Of a stretch of 64,000 bases of DNA, positions 38,754 through 49,391 are shown piece by piece; position 1 is the stretch's first letter; each line of letters opens with the position of its first letter. The stretch is from Rhodocyclaceae bacterium (GTDB taxonomy: Bacteria > Pseudomonadota > Gammaproteobacteria > Burkholderiales > Rhodocyclaceae), in the NCBI GenBank assembly GCA_016791105.1, contig JAEUNM010000099.1, positions 36,191-100,190 of the forward strand, read 5' to 3'. A model generated the notes under the pieces. It had not been told where the DNA came from. It ran no database searches and saw only the letters and a program-made list of their open reading frames with translations. The translations under genes were made by a program, and so were the position numbers.

Positions 38754-40808
38754 ATGAGCCCGCGGATTCCGCAAATCAATCAGGCACAGCACGCCCATAC
38801 TGCGGTCCGCTCGGATGGCACGATTCCTGCAGGAAGCCTCGACGCCATGATCGAGAACTCCTGGAAACGTTGCCAAGCTTTGGGCTTGACCGAAGACTGC
38901 CGGCCCGGCTTCGACCCCCTGCCGCGCAGCCGCATGCAGGACGCGATAGAGGCCAACCATGCGCTGATCGCTCATGCGCGGCCGGTCATGGAAACCCTGT
39001 ACAGCCAGATCGTCGACACCCAGAGCATGCTGGTACTTACCGATGCAAATGGGCTCATCCTGCATTCCCTCGGCGACGACGACTTCCTGCAACGGGCCGA
39101 CAAGGTTGCGCTCAAGCCGGGCGTCGTGTGGACCGAAGAGGCGATGGGTACCAACGCCATCGGTACCGCCATCGCAGAAGATTCGCCGGCCCTGGTGCAC
39201 GGGCCGGAACACTATCTTGCAGTCAATCAGTTTCTGACCTGCTCGGCCATCCCGATTACCGATCCGCACGGCAAACTCGCCGGGGTGCTAGACCTGTCCG
39301 GCGACTGGCGCGGCTACCACCGCCACACCATGGCGCTGGTACGCATGTCCGGCCTGCTGATCGAAAACCACATGTTCGGCAGCGCATTTGCCAACGCCGC
39401 CGTACTGACGTTCCACAGTTGCCCTGAATTCATCGGCACGCTGTGCGAGGGCATGATCGCTTTCCGGCCCGATGGCACGGTGTTGTCCGCCAACAAGAGC
39501 GGTCTGTTTCAGCTTGGGCTGGGCCTCAACGGTTTGCGCAGCCATACCTTTTTTTCGCTGTTCTCACAGCCTGTCAGTACGGTATTCGACCACGTGCGCT
39601 GCCGCGGCAGCGACTTGATGCAATTGACCTTGCCGACCGGCATCAAGGTTTATGCCCGCGCGCGCATTGCCGCAAGCAGCACCGGCAGCCCCGCGCACCT
39701 CATCGTGCCGGGGCAGGAATTGCAGCGCAGCGCCGGTTTTGCCGGGCCGTCCGTCGCGGCACGCCCCGCTCCCGCACCCACGGCGACGCCCGGTGCAAAC
39801 GGCACCTCGCATGGCAAGTGCGGCTCGCTCGACGCGCTCAAAACCGGCGACCCGCAAATCGACGCCGCCCTGCACAAGGTACACAAGGTGCTGGGGCGTG
39901 ACATATCGGTACTTGTCCAGGGCGAAACCGGCACCGGCAAAGAACTTGTCGCGCGTGCGATCCACCATGATTCGCCGCGCCGCAACGGGCCTTTCGTGGC
40001 CGTCAATTGCGCGTCGATCCCGGAAACCCTCATCGAATCGGAACTGTTCGGTTACGAGGAAGGGGCATTCACGGGGGCACGCCGCAAGGGCTCGGTGGGC
40101 AAAATCATGCTGGCCAACAGCGGCACGCTGTTTCTGGACGAAATTGGCGACATGCCGCTCAATCTGCAGGCACGTCTGTTGCGCGTGCTACAGGAGCGCG
40201 TGGTGACGCCCCTGGGCAGTTCGAAAACTTTCCCGGTCGATGTCGCCATCATTTGCGCCACGCACCGGCGGCTCAAGGATTTGATCGCGCGCGGCCTGTT
40301 TCGCGAGGATTTGTACTACCGCTTGAACGGACTATCCATCACGCTTCCGCCACTGCGCATGCGGCAGGACTTGCATGCCGTCGTGCAACGCATTTTGCGC
40401 GACGAACTCAAGGTGGGCGATGAACTGGACGTGTCGCAGGAAGTGCTGCGGTTGTTTTGCCAACACCCCTGGCCGGGCAATATGCGGCAACTTGTCAACG
40501 TGCTGCGCACCGCCGTCGTGATGGCGGATGGCGAAGCCGAAATTTGTCGCGAGCACCTGCCCGACGACTTTCTCGAAGACATGGAAGCGCCTGGCACTGC
40601 GGTCCCTGTCGCAGCAGTAGCCATTACGCCGCCGCCAACGGCCGGCGTAGTCCCGCTGCAAGACGGCAAGCTCGAAGACATCGAACTGAACGCCATTCAG
40701 TCCATGCTGGATCAGACCGGCGGCAACGTGTCGGCGACCGCCCGCCGCCTCGGCATCAGCCGCAACACGATTTACCGCAAATTGCGCCAACTGAGCGGCG
40801 GCGCCTGA
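38754..40808 (+). CDS. Sigma-54-dependent transcriptional activator, AcoR-like (sensory N-domain, AAA+, Fis-type HTH)
   Basis: Walker A GETGTGKE, sigma-54 contact loop EEGAFTGA, C-terminal HTH ([18 protein letters not shown]). AcoR-type N-terminus ([13 protein letters not shown]). ATG at 38754 follows GGAGGA. Confidence 0.92.
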   Translation: MSPRIPQINQAQHAHTAVRSDGTIPAGSLDAMIENSWKRCQALGLTEDCRPGFDPLPRSRMQDAIEANHALIAHARPVMETLYSQIVDTQSMLVLTDANGLILHSLGDDDFLQRADKVALKPGVVWTEEAMGTNAIGTAIAEDSPALVHGPEHYLAVNQFLTCSAIPITDPHGKLAGVLDLSGDWRGYHRHTMALVRMSGLLIENHMFGSAFANAAVLTFHSCPEFIGTLCEGMIAFRPDGTVLSANKSGLFQLGLGLNGLRSHTFFSLFSQPVSTVFDHVRCRGSDLMQLTLPTGIKVYARARIAASSTGSPAHLIVPGQELQRSAGFAGPSVAARPAPAPTATPGANGTSHGKCGSLDALKTGDPQIDAALHKVHKVLGRDISVLVQGETGTGKELVARAIHHDSPRRNGPFVAVNCASIPETLIESELFGYEEGAFTGARRKGSVGKIMLANSGTLFLDEIGDMPLNLQARLLRVLQERVVTPLGSSKTFPVDVAIICATHRRLKDLIARGLFREDLYYRLNGLSITLPPLRMRQDLHAVVQRILRDELKVGDELDVSQEVLRLFCQHPWPGNMRQLVNVLRTAVVMADGEAEICREHLPDDFLEDMEAPGTAVPVAAVAITPPPTAGVVPLQDGKLEDIELNAIQSMLDQTGGNVSATARRLGISRNTIYRKLRQLSGGA

Positions 40809-40840
40809 GTCCGCGTGCCGCGGCAGTGGCCTGAACGGCA

Positions 40841-41764
40841 TCAGCGATCAAACAATTCCTGCTCCGCTTCACGCCAGCGCTTCTGCACATTGAGGCCGTG
40901 CTCGGGAAGGTATTCAGCCCAGTCGCGATAGTCGGGGAAAGCCAGACGTTGCGGCGCGCTGGCGGCATCATTGCCGGTCTGGACGTCAGCGCCCACCGAG
41001 CGCTCCAATTGTTCGAAATAACCCCGTATGGCGGCGATCAAGCCGGCATCGCCGGCTGGGCCGTGCCCGGGTAGCACGTGCGCCGGTGCGAGATCGGCAA
41101 GTTCGGCGAGGACGGCGGCCCAATCCGCAAGTTGGGCATCGCGCATTTGCGGAATTTGCCGGTTATTGACCAGTCCGCCGGCAAGCAGAACCCCTCGCGC
41201 CGCATCGTACAGGGCGATATTGCCGGGCAAATGTCCGCCTTCGAAGCGCAGCACGGTCAGTGTCACGCCCGCCAATTCAACCGTCGCGCGTGCCGACTGG
41301 ATAGTCTGGCGCGGCAGCACGATGCGCGTGCCGCGAATTTCGTCCTCGCCTATGGCAGCACGCAAATTGCGCCGGCAGCGCGGGCAATAGCGGCGCATGC
41401 GCGCCGCCGTGATGTCGGAGGCGAAAAAAACCACGCCCGGCTTCACGAACACCGATGCGGCGAGCACATTTTCCGGATGCGCGTGGGTCGCGACCACTGC
41501 CACGACCGGTCGCCCGATCTGCGCCCGGATCAACTGCCGAACACGCAGCCCATCCTTGTAAGTGGGACCAGGATCAACCATGACCAGGCCCTGCGCCCCC
41601 TCCAGGACCACGCTATTGGCCACGCGACCACAGTTGCCGCGCGCCGGTGCCTCCTGCGCCCCAGGTACCAGCCATACGCCCGGCACGATCGCCTGTAGCG
41701 ACAGGGGAGGACAGGCAAAGGCGGACGCACCCAGGGCAATCAACCCAAGCACAGCCGCACGCAT
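40841..41764 (-). CDS. Periplasmic metallo-beta-lactamase-fold hydrolase (quinoprotein relay system-like)
   Basis: Signal peptide (MRAAVLGLIALGASAFA) and MBL motif region (VVATHAHPEN). Start at 41764. This family is typically encoded in PQQ-ADH clusters. Confidence 0.75.
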   Translation of the reverse strand: MRAAVLGLIALGASAFACPPLSLQAIVPGVWLVPGAQEAPARGNCGRVANSVVLEGAQGLVMVDPGPTYKDGLRVRQLIRAQIGRPVVAVVATHAHPENVLAASVFVKPGVVFFASDITAARMRRYCPRCRRNLRAAIGEDEIRGTRIVLPRQTIQSARATVELAGVTLTVLRFEGGHLPGNIALYDAARGVLLAGGLVNNRQIPQMRDAQLADWAAVLAELADLAPAHVLPGHGPAGDAGLIAAIRGYFEQLERSVGADVQTGNDAASAPQRLAFPDYRDWAEYLPEHGLNVQKRWREAEQELFDR

Positions 41765-42113
41765 CAAGCACGCCGCCGAACCGAAACGGCTCCGAGCGCC
41801 AACTTCGGCACGCCCGCTCAATTCACATGCCCCCGCTCAATGCTCGCCGCAATTGCCGGCACAGCGCGTATGGACGCCATCACCGGGCCACACTCGCACG
41901 GCATGGCGGAAACGATAGTCGCGAACCAGGGCATACCGCGGCGCGATCCGAATAAAAGCCTGGCGCCACCAGCCGTGGCAATTTGCAATACCGGGCAGTC
42001 CGCAGCCCGCCCCGTCCAGTACAATCCCGGGTTGAAGGCGAGCATGCAAACAAACTGAAAATCGCCAGCCGCGCCCTGCTTTGCGATTCGATTTCGATAG
42101 TTGTGCCTCCCAC

Positions 42114-42896
42114 ATGCGACTCGCCCTGAAATTACTGCTGTTGTTGTTCCCCGTGCTGGCCTGTGCGGAACCGACCGTACTCGAACGCATTCAGGCCACC
42201 CACCTGCTCAAGGTGTGCGTGTGGCCGGAATATTACGGAATATCCTTCCGCAATCCGCGCACGAACACGCTGGCCGGCATAGACATCGACATGGCGGGCG
42301 AACTTGCAAAAAGCCTCGATGTGAAACTGGAATTCGTCGATAGTTCGTTCGCACGGCTGATCGAGGACGTGACCACCGCACGCTGCGACATCGCCATGTT
42401 CGCCATCGGGGTGACCCCGGCGCGCACTCAGTTTCTGCGATTTACGCACCCCTATCTGCAGAGCGATATTTACGCAATCACCTCGCGCAGCAACCGGCGC
42501 ATCAAGTCCTGGGCAGACATAGACCAGCCCGGCGCAGTGGTCGCGGTCGCCGCGGGCACACTGCACGAAAGTGTGATGCGCGAAAAACTCACGCACGCCA
42601 TATTGCGCGTCATGAATACGCCCTACGCGCGTGAACTGGAAGTCCAGTCCGGCCGCGCCGACGTATTCATGACGGATTTTCCCTACAGCCGCCGCATGCT
42701 CGAAACCACCGACTGGGCGCGCCTGGTCAGTCCTCCGGGCGTATACCACCTGACCCCCTATGCCTATGCAGTCAAGCCCGGCGACGACGCCTGGTTCGAG
42801 CGCGTCGAGCGCTTTCTTGCCGAAGTGAAAAGCGACGGACGTCTGCTGGCAAGCGCGCGCAGGCACAAGCTAGAGCGTATTCTGGTCGCGGAATAG
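42114..42896 (+). CDS. Periplasmic family-3 solute-binding protein
   Basis: Signal peptide MRLALKLLLLLFPVLACA. Amino-acid-type binding-protein fold (GIDIDMAGELAK...). Confidence 0.8.
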   Translation: MRLALKLLLLLFPVLACAEPTVLERIQATHLLKVCVWPEYYGISFRNPRTNTLAGIDIDMAGELAKSLDVKLEFVDSSFARLIEDVTTARCDIAMFAIGVTPARTQFLRFTHPYLQSDIYAITSRSNRRIKSWADIDQPGAVVAVAAGTLHESVMREKLTHAILRVMNTPYARELEVQSGRADVFMTDFPYSRRMLETTDWARLVSPPGVYHLTPYAYAVKPGDDAWFERVERFLAEVKSDGRLLASARRHKLERILVAE

Positions 42897-42903
42897 CGCG
42901 CCC

Positions 42904-45087
42904 ATGCCCGCCCTACACAAGTCCAAGCCAAGTAGGGTGCTGGTCGCGCTGTTGCTGTTGTTCAGTCTGGGTACACTGGTCACCACCGTCACCACCATGT
43001 GGCGGCTCAAATTCGAGGTGATCGCACACCAGCTCAACCAGGCGTCCGTACAGGCACAGGCCTTCGACGACGCACTGGTGCAGCCCCTCACGCTCATCGA
43101 TCTGAGCGGCCACGACATCGACGATGACCTCGACCGCGACAATCCCGAGCGGCTCGCCACAAAGCTCGCACAGGTTCTTCAGCACGCGCCCTTCGTGCGT
43201 TCTCTTTCACTCGCGACGCCGGACGGCCGCATATTCGCAAGTTCCAACGCGGCGAACATCGATCACATGCTCGACCTGCAGAGCCCGCAACCGGAAGCAT
43301 CGGCCGCAAGCGACGGATTGCGAATCGGCATGCCCTGGCAGGGCCGCGATTTCGCTGAGGGCCGCCCCACCAGTCCCGAACAGCCGGCCGCAGCGGACCA
43401 ATCCGGCTTCGTCCCGGTGCTGCGCAAGCTCCCCACCCGCCGCGCCCCCGTCATCCTGGCTGCCGCGCTCAATCCGGACTATTTCATCAACCTTTACGCG
43501 CGCCAGATATCACCTGTGCAGGGCCGTGTCGACGTCGTGCGACTTGACAACGTGCTGCTATTCAGCACGCGCGATGATTTTGCGCCGGGTAGCCGCTACG
43601 ACGCCACGCTGGTGGCCAGTGGCGAACACGCGCAGGAATCGGGCACTCGGACCGGCGACGGCAAGGATGGCGTTCCAGTTTTGACCGCCTATCGCGTATC
43701 GCGCAACTTTCCCCTCGTGACCGTGGTGCATATCAACCAGAATTTCGCGCTCGCCAAATGGCTGGCCGAAACGCGGACGGTTGCCAGCGTCGTGACGGTC
43801 GGTTTGACCTTACTGTCCGTGCTTGCCGCAATTTTGTTGCGACGCCTGCGCCGCAGCGAGCGCATCGAAGCCGATACCGAGGCGCAAACGCGGCTCGCCG
43901 CGCAGGTATTCGAGTCGGCCGGAGAAGGCATCCTGATCACCGACGCGCGCTCAGTCGTGCTGCGCATCAATTCCGCATTCGCCAACATGAGCGGATTCAG
44001 CACGCAGGACTTGGTCGGAAAAAAAACCAGCGTACTCAGTTCCGGCCGGCACGATGAAGCGTTTTACGCGGCGATGTGGAAATGCATCAAGGCGCAAGGT
44101 ATCTGGCGCGGCGAAATCGTCAACCGCCGCAAGGACGGCAAGCTGCAAACCGAGTGGCTCACCATTTCCGCCGTGCGCGACGAATTGGGCCGAGTCAGTC
44201 ACTATGTAGGCATTTACGCGGACATATCCGAACGCCGCCGCGTGGAAGAAGAACTGCGCGAACACCGCGACCATCTGCGCGAACTGGTCGATGCGCGCAC
44301 GGCGGAACTGCTCACTGCCAAAGATACCGCGGAAGCCGCCAATCGTGCCAAATCGGAATTCCTTTCCAATATGTCGCACGAGTTGCGCACGCCCATGCAT
44401 GCGATCCTTGCCTTTGCTCAACTGGGGTCGCACAAATCCAGCCTGGATACTTCGGGCGCTGGCAAATTGCGTACTTATTTCGCCAATATCGAACAGGCCG
44501 GCCGGCGTCTGATGGGGCTGCTGGACGATTTGCTGGACCTGTCGAAACTCGAAGCCGGGCGCATGCAGCTGGACATCAAATTTCACCCGCTGCGCCCCCT
44601 GGTGCAGGAAGTTTCTGCCGAACTGGCCATGCTCATAGACGAGCGCAAACAGACCTTGACGCTTACCGCCGAGGACGATGCCGCCGGCGCTTACTTCGAC
44701 CGCGCCCGCACCGCACAGGTATTGCGCAATCTGCTCGGCAATGCGTGCAAGTTCGCGCCCAAAGCCAGCAGCATCGAAATTCGCTATGGCCAGATCGAAG
44801 CCGGCATGGTGTACGTATCCATCAAGGACGTCGGCCCTGGTATTGCACCGGAAGATATCGAACGCATTTTCGAAAAGTTCGAACAGGGCACCGCGACCAA
44901 AGCATTTGGCAAAGGGTCCGGCCTGGGCCTGGCGATTTGCCGCGAAATCGTGCTTGGGCAAGGCGGCCAAATTTGGGCTGGCAACAACCCCGAAGGCGGG
45001 GCACACTTTACTTTCACCCTGCATGCGAATAACCCCTCCCAGGCGCAATTGAGCGCCACGAACGAAAGCCGCCAGCCCACCGCTTGA
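42904..45087 (+). CDS. Sensor histidine kinase with a large periplasmic domain, PAS, HisKA and HATPase (no receiver)
   Basis: Two TM segments flank about 270 periplasmic residues. PAS (GILITDARSVVLRINSAFANMSGF), H-box SHELRTPMHAI, G-boxes. Confidence 0.9.
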   Translation: MPALHKSKPSRVLVALLLLFSLGTLVTTVTTMWRLKFEVIAHQLNQASVQAQAFDDALVQPLTLIDLSGHDIDDDLDRDNPERLATKLAQVLQHAPFVRSLSLATPDGRIFASSNAANIDHMLDLQSPQPEASAASDGLRIGMPWQGRDFAEGRPTSPEQPAAADQSGFVPVLRKLPTRRAPVILAAALNPDYFINLYARQISPVQGRVDVVRLDNVLLFSTRDDFAPGSRYDATLVASGEHAQESGTRTGDGKDGVPVLTAYRVSRNFPLVTVVHINQNFALAKWLAETRTVASVVTVGLTLLSVLAAILLRRLRRSERIEADTEAQTRLAAQVFESAGEGILITDARSVVLRINSAFANMSGFSTQDLVGKKTSVLSSGRHDEAFYAAMWKCIKAQGIWRGEIVNRRKDGKLQTEWLTISAVRDELGRVSHYVGIYADISERRRVEEELREHRDHLRELVDARTAELLTAKDTAEAANRAKSEFLSNMSHELRTPMHAILAFAQLGSHKSSLDTSGAGKLRTYFANIEQAGRRLMGLLDDLLDLSKLEAGRMQLDIKFHPLRPLVQEVSAELAMLIDERKQTLTLTAEDDAAGAYFDRARTAQVLRNLLGNACKFAPKASSIEIRYGQIEAGMVYVSIKDVGPGIAPEDIERIFEKFEQGTATKAFGKGSGLGLAICREIVLGQGGQIWAGNNPEGGAHFTFTLHANNPSQAQLSATNESRQPTA

Positions 45088-45149
45088 ATCCGGTTAGAAT
45101 TGCGCGTCCGTCACTGGAACGACGCAATTAATCATAAGAGCACACAGCG

Positions 45150-47246
45150 ATGCCTTACCGTATCAAAGCCCCTGGAATTCAACTAATGGCACCGCTTGCG
45201 CTGGCCTTATCATGCACCCACGGACTATCCGCCCGGGCCGCCGAAACCCTGCCCGCCGTAGTCGTGACCGGTACGCGCATCGAACAATCCAGTTTCGATC
45301 TGCCCATGGCCATCGATACCGTGTCGGCCGACAGCCTGCACGCGCAGAAACTCGAAACCAATATTTCCGAATCGCTGGCGCGAGTACCCGGCGTCGCCGT
45401 CGGCAGCCGTGAAACTTACGCCCAGGAACAGCAACTCACACTGCGGGGTTTCGGTTCGCGCTCACAATTCGGCGTGCGCGGCATACGCCTGCTGGCGGAC
45501 GGCATTCCCGCCAGTACGCCGGACGGCCAGGGCGGCAGCGGATTATTCGACCTGTCTTCGGCCGCGCGCATCGAAGTGCTGCGCGGGCCATTTTCAGCGC
45601 TATATGGCAATCATTCCGGCGGCGTGGTCCAGGTATTTACCGAAGACGGCCCGGCACAGCCGACGCTGAGCGGGTCCGTCATGGCGGGTTCATGGGGCAC
45701 GCTGCGCGAAGCGCTCAAGTTCGGCGGCACGGCAGGTTCCGTCAATTACATCGGCAGCTTGTCGAATGTCGAAACCGATGGCTACCGCGACCACTCGGCT
45801 GCCACCAAACAGCAGGCCAACGTAAAAATGCGCGTTGCGCTGACGGATTCGACCAGCATTACCCTGGTCGGCAACTATCTGAACCAGCCGACCAATCAGG
45901 ATCCCTTGGGACTGACCGCCGATCAGGTGCGCCAAAACCGCCGCCAGGCGATCGCCACGACCGGCACTTTCGATACGCGCCGTTCGTTACGCAACGAACA
46001 GGGCGGCGCGGTGCTGGATACCAGACTATCGGCACAGGACAGCATACGCGCAACCGTATATCTGGGCACTCGCAGCAACCAACAGTTTTTGCCTATAGGT
46101 GGCTTGGGCACCGGTGTCAGCGCATTCGATCGCGACTATTGGGGGGCCGGACTGCGCTGGACGCATCGTCAAGGCGCGCTCACTACCAGCCTGGGCGCGG
46201 AATACGATCGTGCGGTGGAAGACCGGCGCGGCTTTCGCAATAACAGCGGCGTACAGGGTTTGCTCACCCGCGACGAAACCAATACTGTCGATCAGAGCGG
46301 CATCTATGCCCAGGCGGAATGGGCGTTCGCTCCAGCGTGGAGCCTGTCCGGCGGACTGCGCTACACGCGTTTGAGGGTCGATTCGCGCGACCACTTCATC
46401 GTCCCCGGTAGCAACCCGGACGACTCCGGCAGCACCAGTTTCTCGGCCTGGACGCCGGCCGCCGGCCTGCTGTGGAAGCTCGACCCGGCCGTGAACCTTT
46501 ACGCAAACGTCGGGCGCAGCTTTGAAACGCCGACACTGATCGAACTGGCCTATCGCCCGGATGGCACGAACGGGCTCAATCTCGGACTGCAGCCATCAAC
46601 CAGCACACATTTTGAAATTGGCGCAAAAACCATCCTGGCGTCGGACATTCAGCTCACGGCTGCCTTATTCGAAATCCGCACGCACAAAGAAATCGTGGTG
46701 TTCAGCAACGCGAACGGGCGCACCACCTACCAGAATGCCGGCGACACGCGCCGGCGCGGCCTCGAAGTGGCACTGGACGCGCCCCTGCCGGGCGGCTTCG
46801 CGGCCTATTTGTCGGGCACCTGGCTTGAAGCCAAATTTCGCGATGCCTACCTTACCTGCGCCAGCGTGGGTTGTACCGTTCCTACCGTAACTGTCAATGC
46901 CGGCAACCGCATTCCCGGCGTACCAAACTTCACGGTATACGGAGAACTGAACTGGAAGCACGCCGCGAGCGGATTTTCCGCAGGCGTCGAGGCGCGCTGG
47001 GTCGGGCCGGTCAATGTCGATGACCGCAATAGCGCAACCGCCGGCCAATACACCGTAGCCAACCTGCGCGCCGGCTTCGAACAGCGCGGCAGCGCCTGGA
47101 CGCTGGCGGAATTTATCCGCATCGACAACCTGTTCGACAAGGAATACATCGGCGCGGTGTATGTGAATGATGCCAGCTCGCGCTTTTACGCGCCCGCACC
47201 GGAACGCACGTTTCTGCTCGGCCTGAGCGCCCAATATCGCTTCTGA
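45150..47246 (+). CDS. TonB-dependent outer-membrane receptor
   Basis: Signal peptide, TonB box-like LPAVVVTGTR, plug and 22-strand barrel length, terminal aromatic ...YRF. Confidence 0.93.
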   Translation: MPYRIKAPGIQLMAPLALALSCTHGLSARAAETLPAVVVTGTRIEQSSFDLPMAIDTVSADSLHAQKLETNISESLARVPGVAVGSRETYAQEQQLTLRGFGSRSQFGVRGIRLLADGIPASTPDGQGGSGLFDLSSAARIEVLRGPFSALYGNHSGGVVQVFTEDGPAQPTLSGSVMAGSWGTLREALKFGGTAGSVNYIGSLSNVETDGYRDHSAATKQQANVKMRVALTDSTSITLVGNYLNQPTNQDPLGLTADQVRQNRRQAIATTGTFDTRRSLRNEQGGAVLDTRLSAQDSIRATVYLGTRSNQQFLPIGGLGTGVSAFDRDYWGAGLRWTHRQGALTTSLGAEYDRAVEDRRGFRNNSGVQGLLTRDETNTVDQSGIYAQAEWAFAPAWSLSGGLRYTRLRVDSRDHFIVPGSNPDDSGSTSFSAWTPAAGLLWKLDPAVNLYANVGRSFETPTLIELAYRPDGTNGLNLGLQPSTSTHFEIGAKTILASDIQLTAALFEIRTHKEIVVFSNANGRTTYQNAGDTRRRGLEVALDAPLPGGFAAYLSGTWLEAKFRDAYLTCASVGCTVPTVTVNAGNRIPGVPNFTVYGELNWKHAASGFSAGVEARWVGPVNVDDRNSATAGQYTVANLRAGFEQRGSAWTLAEFIRIDNLFDKEYIGAVYVNDASSRFYAPAPERTFLLGLSAQYRF

Positions 47247-47249
47247 AGG

Positions 47250-47610
47250 GGGTGGGAAGACCGCCTGTAAGCCGGGTTCTGTCGTGAGCAGCCATTCATC
47301 TGGGCGCGCCGTTACCGGCGCGCTCTAGCAGCCTACCCGGAAGCAGCGCGAGCCACGCTATCGCTTCCCTATTTGGCCTTGCCCCGGATGGGGGTTACCG
47401 TGCCGTGCGTGTTGCCACGTCCGCGGTGGGCTCTTACCCCACCATTTCACCCTTGCCTGTGCCTTTGCAGGCCATCGGCGGTGTACTTTCTGTTGCCCTG
47501 TCCGTCGCCTCGCGGCGCCCGGCCGTTAGCCGGCATCCCGCTCTGTGGGGCCCGGACTTTCCTCGACGCGGAACAAGCCGCGCCGCGGCTGCCCGGCGGT
47601 CTTCCCGCTG
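47250..47610 (-). ncRNA. rnpB: RNase P RNA, bacterial type A
   Basis: Minus strand carries GAGGAAAGUCCGGGC (P4 5-prime strand) and CACGACAGAACCCGGCUUA (P4 3-prime strand, identical to E. coli M1 RNA). P1 pairs GGGAAGACCGCC with GGCGGUCUUCCC. Confidence 0.92.
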
Positions 47611-47669
47611 GCGATTCTACCCGCGTCGGCCTACAACGAGCTTAGGAACCCGCACGCGAGGAGACCAAA

Positions 47670-48179
47670 ATGAAACGCCTGTATTTTCTGCTGCCCAATC
47701 TGGATAGCGCCCGCCGCGTCGAACGCGACCTGCTGCTGGACCATGTGGAAAACCGCCATCTGCATTTTCTGGCGCGCCGCGGCACCGACCTCGGCCAACT
47801 GCACGAAGCGTCTTTCGCGCAGAAAAGCGATGTCGTGCGCGGGGCCGAAATCGGCCTGCCGCTGGGCGCGCTGTGCGGCGCGCTGATCGGCGTGTGGATG
47901 TATCTTTCGCCGCCCGACGGCATAGACATCAATCTGGTCGCGGTATTGCTCGGCGCCGTGGGCGGCGGCCTGTTCGGCACGTGGATTGCCAGCCTGATCG
48001 GCATATCCATGCCCAATTCGCGCCTGAAAAAATATGCCGCCGCAATCGAAGCAGGCGCCGTATTATTGATGGTGGATGTGCCGCGCTCGCGCGTGCAGGA
48101 AGTTCTGCAAATCGTCAATGCGCGTCACCCGGAAGTGGTGGATCACGGCATAGAGCCCATCATGCCGGCATTCCCGTAA
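47670..48179 (+). CDS. Hypothetical membrane protein (Gly-zipper TM pair, DUF1269-like)
   Basis: 169 aa. Central glycine-rich hydrophobic segments (GLPLGALCGALIGVW, LLGAVGGGLFGTWIASLIG). Confidence 0.5.
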   Translation: MKRLYFLLPNLDSARRVERDLLLDHVENRHLHFLARRGTDLGQLHEASFAQKSDVVRGAEIGLPLGALCGALIGVWMYLSPPDGIDINLVAVLLGAVGGGLFGTWIASLIGISMPNSRLKKYAAAIEAGAVLLMVDVPRSRVQEVLQIVNARHPEVVDHGIEPIMPAFP

Positions 48180-48209
48180 GCGCGGCCAGCCGGCCGCGGC
48201 GCCGGGCTA

Positions 48210-48971
48210 TCAGGTGCGCGGCGGCCGGAACTGCCGCGTGTCGAGAAAATAGTCGCGCGTGTTCGCGCCCATGCCGGGCAGGCCCAGCAGCGGCAGCGGC
48301 GCCAACGCGCGCGGCGTGCATAAAAAGTCTTCGCCAGCGAGTTTGGCCGCAAGCCACGTGTCGCAATAATTACGCAATTCGCCAGGATTGCACGCAAGCA
48401 CGGCGGGCTCGATTTCCACATACAGCGCGCGCCCGCACAAGCCGAAAAACGGCGCGCGCAGCTTGTCCAGCAAGGCGTGGCCGAACACCACGCAGCGCAG
48501 TTCGGTTGTCATGCGTGCGCGCCTGTCCCAGAACGCCTCGACCCAACGTCTTTGTTGCAGCAGTTGCGCCAGTTCGGCATCGGCGCACAGCACCAGCACG
48601 CCATCTTCGTCGAACTGCGCGGCGGCGTCGCGCAGCGCACCGCGCGCTGTGCCCGGTCCGCGGTCGTGGCGCAAATGGCGTGCCGTAAGTTCCGCTTTCG
48701 CGCGTGGAAAAGCCAGCCAGATCAGCGCGTGGAATGCGTCATGCCAGCTATCCGCGCGCGTGTGGACAACACCCGCCTGCGCGATACGCGCTTCGTAGGG
48801 AGCGGGATCAACCTCGGAACAAAATCGGATCGGCAGGCCGGACGGCCCGCGCGGGCGGCCCAGGCGTTCGGCCGCGGCGTCGAATTGCTCCACCGCGGGG
48901 GGCGCGCCCGGCGGCAATTGCGCGGCCAGATCACGCAGGTGGTCGTACAGGAACAGCGCCGGCAAATCCAC
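48210..48971 (-). CDS. Conserved hypothetical protein (possibly DUF3025 family)
   Basis: 253 aa ORF with normal composition. Its position next to pyrC is commonly seen. No catalytic motif recognised. Confidence 0.5.
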   Translation of the reverse strand: MDLPALFLYDHLRDLAAQLPPGAPPAVEQFDAAAERLGRPRGPSGLPIRFCSEVDPAPYEARIAQAGVVHTRADSWHDAFHALIWLAFPRAKAELTARHLRHDRGPGTARGALRDAAAQFDEDGVLVLCADAELAQLLQQRRWVEAFWDRRARMTTELRCVVFGHALLDKLRAPFFGLCGRALYVEIEPAVLACNPGELRNYCDTWLAAKLAGEDFLCTPRALAPLPLLGLPGMGANTRDYFLDTRQFRPPRT

Positions 48972-48977
48972 GCCGCG

Positions 48978-49391
48978 CTATTCCGCGGCAGATTTGGCGA
49001 CGAAACGCAGCTTGCCGTCCTTGCGCGCGAAACTGCCCAGCGGCGCCGGCACTTCCGCTTGCGCCGGCGCTGCTTTGAGGCTGCAGTCAGCCGTACTGAC
49101 TGCGTACCAGTTATTGCCCTGATTCACCCAAAAACTGTTTTCCTGCGCACCCGGATAAACCACCACCACGCCGCTTTTGAGCGGCACCGGCTTGAGCGGA
49201 TAGCGGCGCTGGCAATCCGGCATGCGCGCGACCACCAGCGCGGTGTCGTAAGTGCTGCTCCAGGGGAAATTCTTGTCGCGCAAAACGGTGAGCGCATGGT
49301 CGCGCCGGTCGATCATGTAGGACGCACTATCGCTTTCGCAGGCGCACAGCACCAGGGCGGCTGCCAGCAACAGAAATACTCTCGCCGCCAT
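48978..49391 (-). CDS. Putative lipoprotein
   Basis: [20 protein letters not shown] lipobox. The ATG at 49391 abuts the pyrC stop. The upstream part of ORF 48978..49730 is noise. Confidence 0.55.
   Translation of the reverse strand: MAARVFLLLAAALVLCACESDSASYMIDRRDHALTVLRDKNFPWSSTYDTALVVARMPDCQRRYPLKPVPLKSGVVVVYPGAQENSFWVNQGNNWYAVSTADCSLKAAPAQAEVPAPLGSFARKDGKLRFVAKSAAE

Noticed and set aside
47373-48118. ORFs 47373..47645, 47405..47707 and 47642..48118
   Set aside because: The first two lie within or overlap the RNase P RNA. The third is antisense to the 47670..48179 membrane-protein gene.
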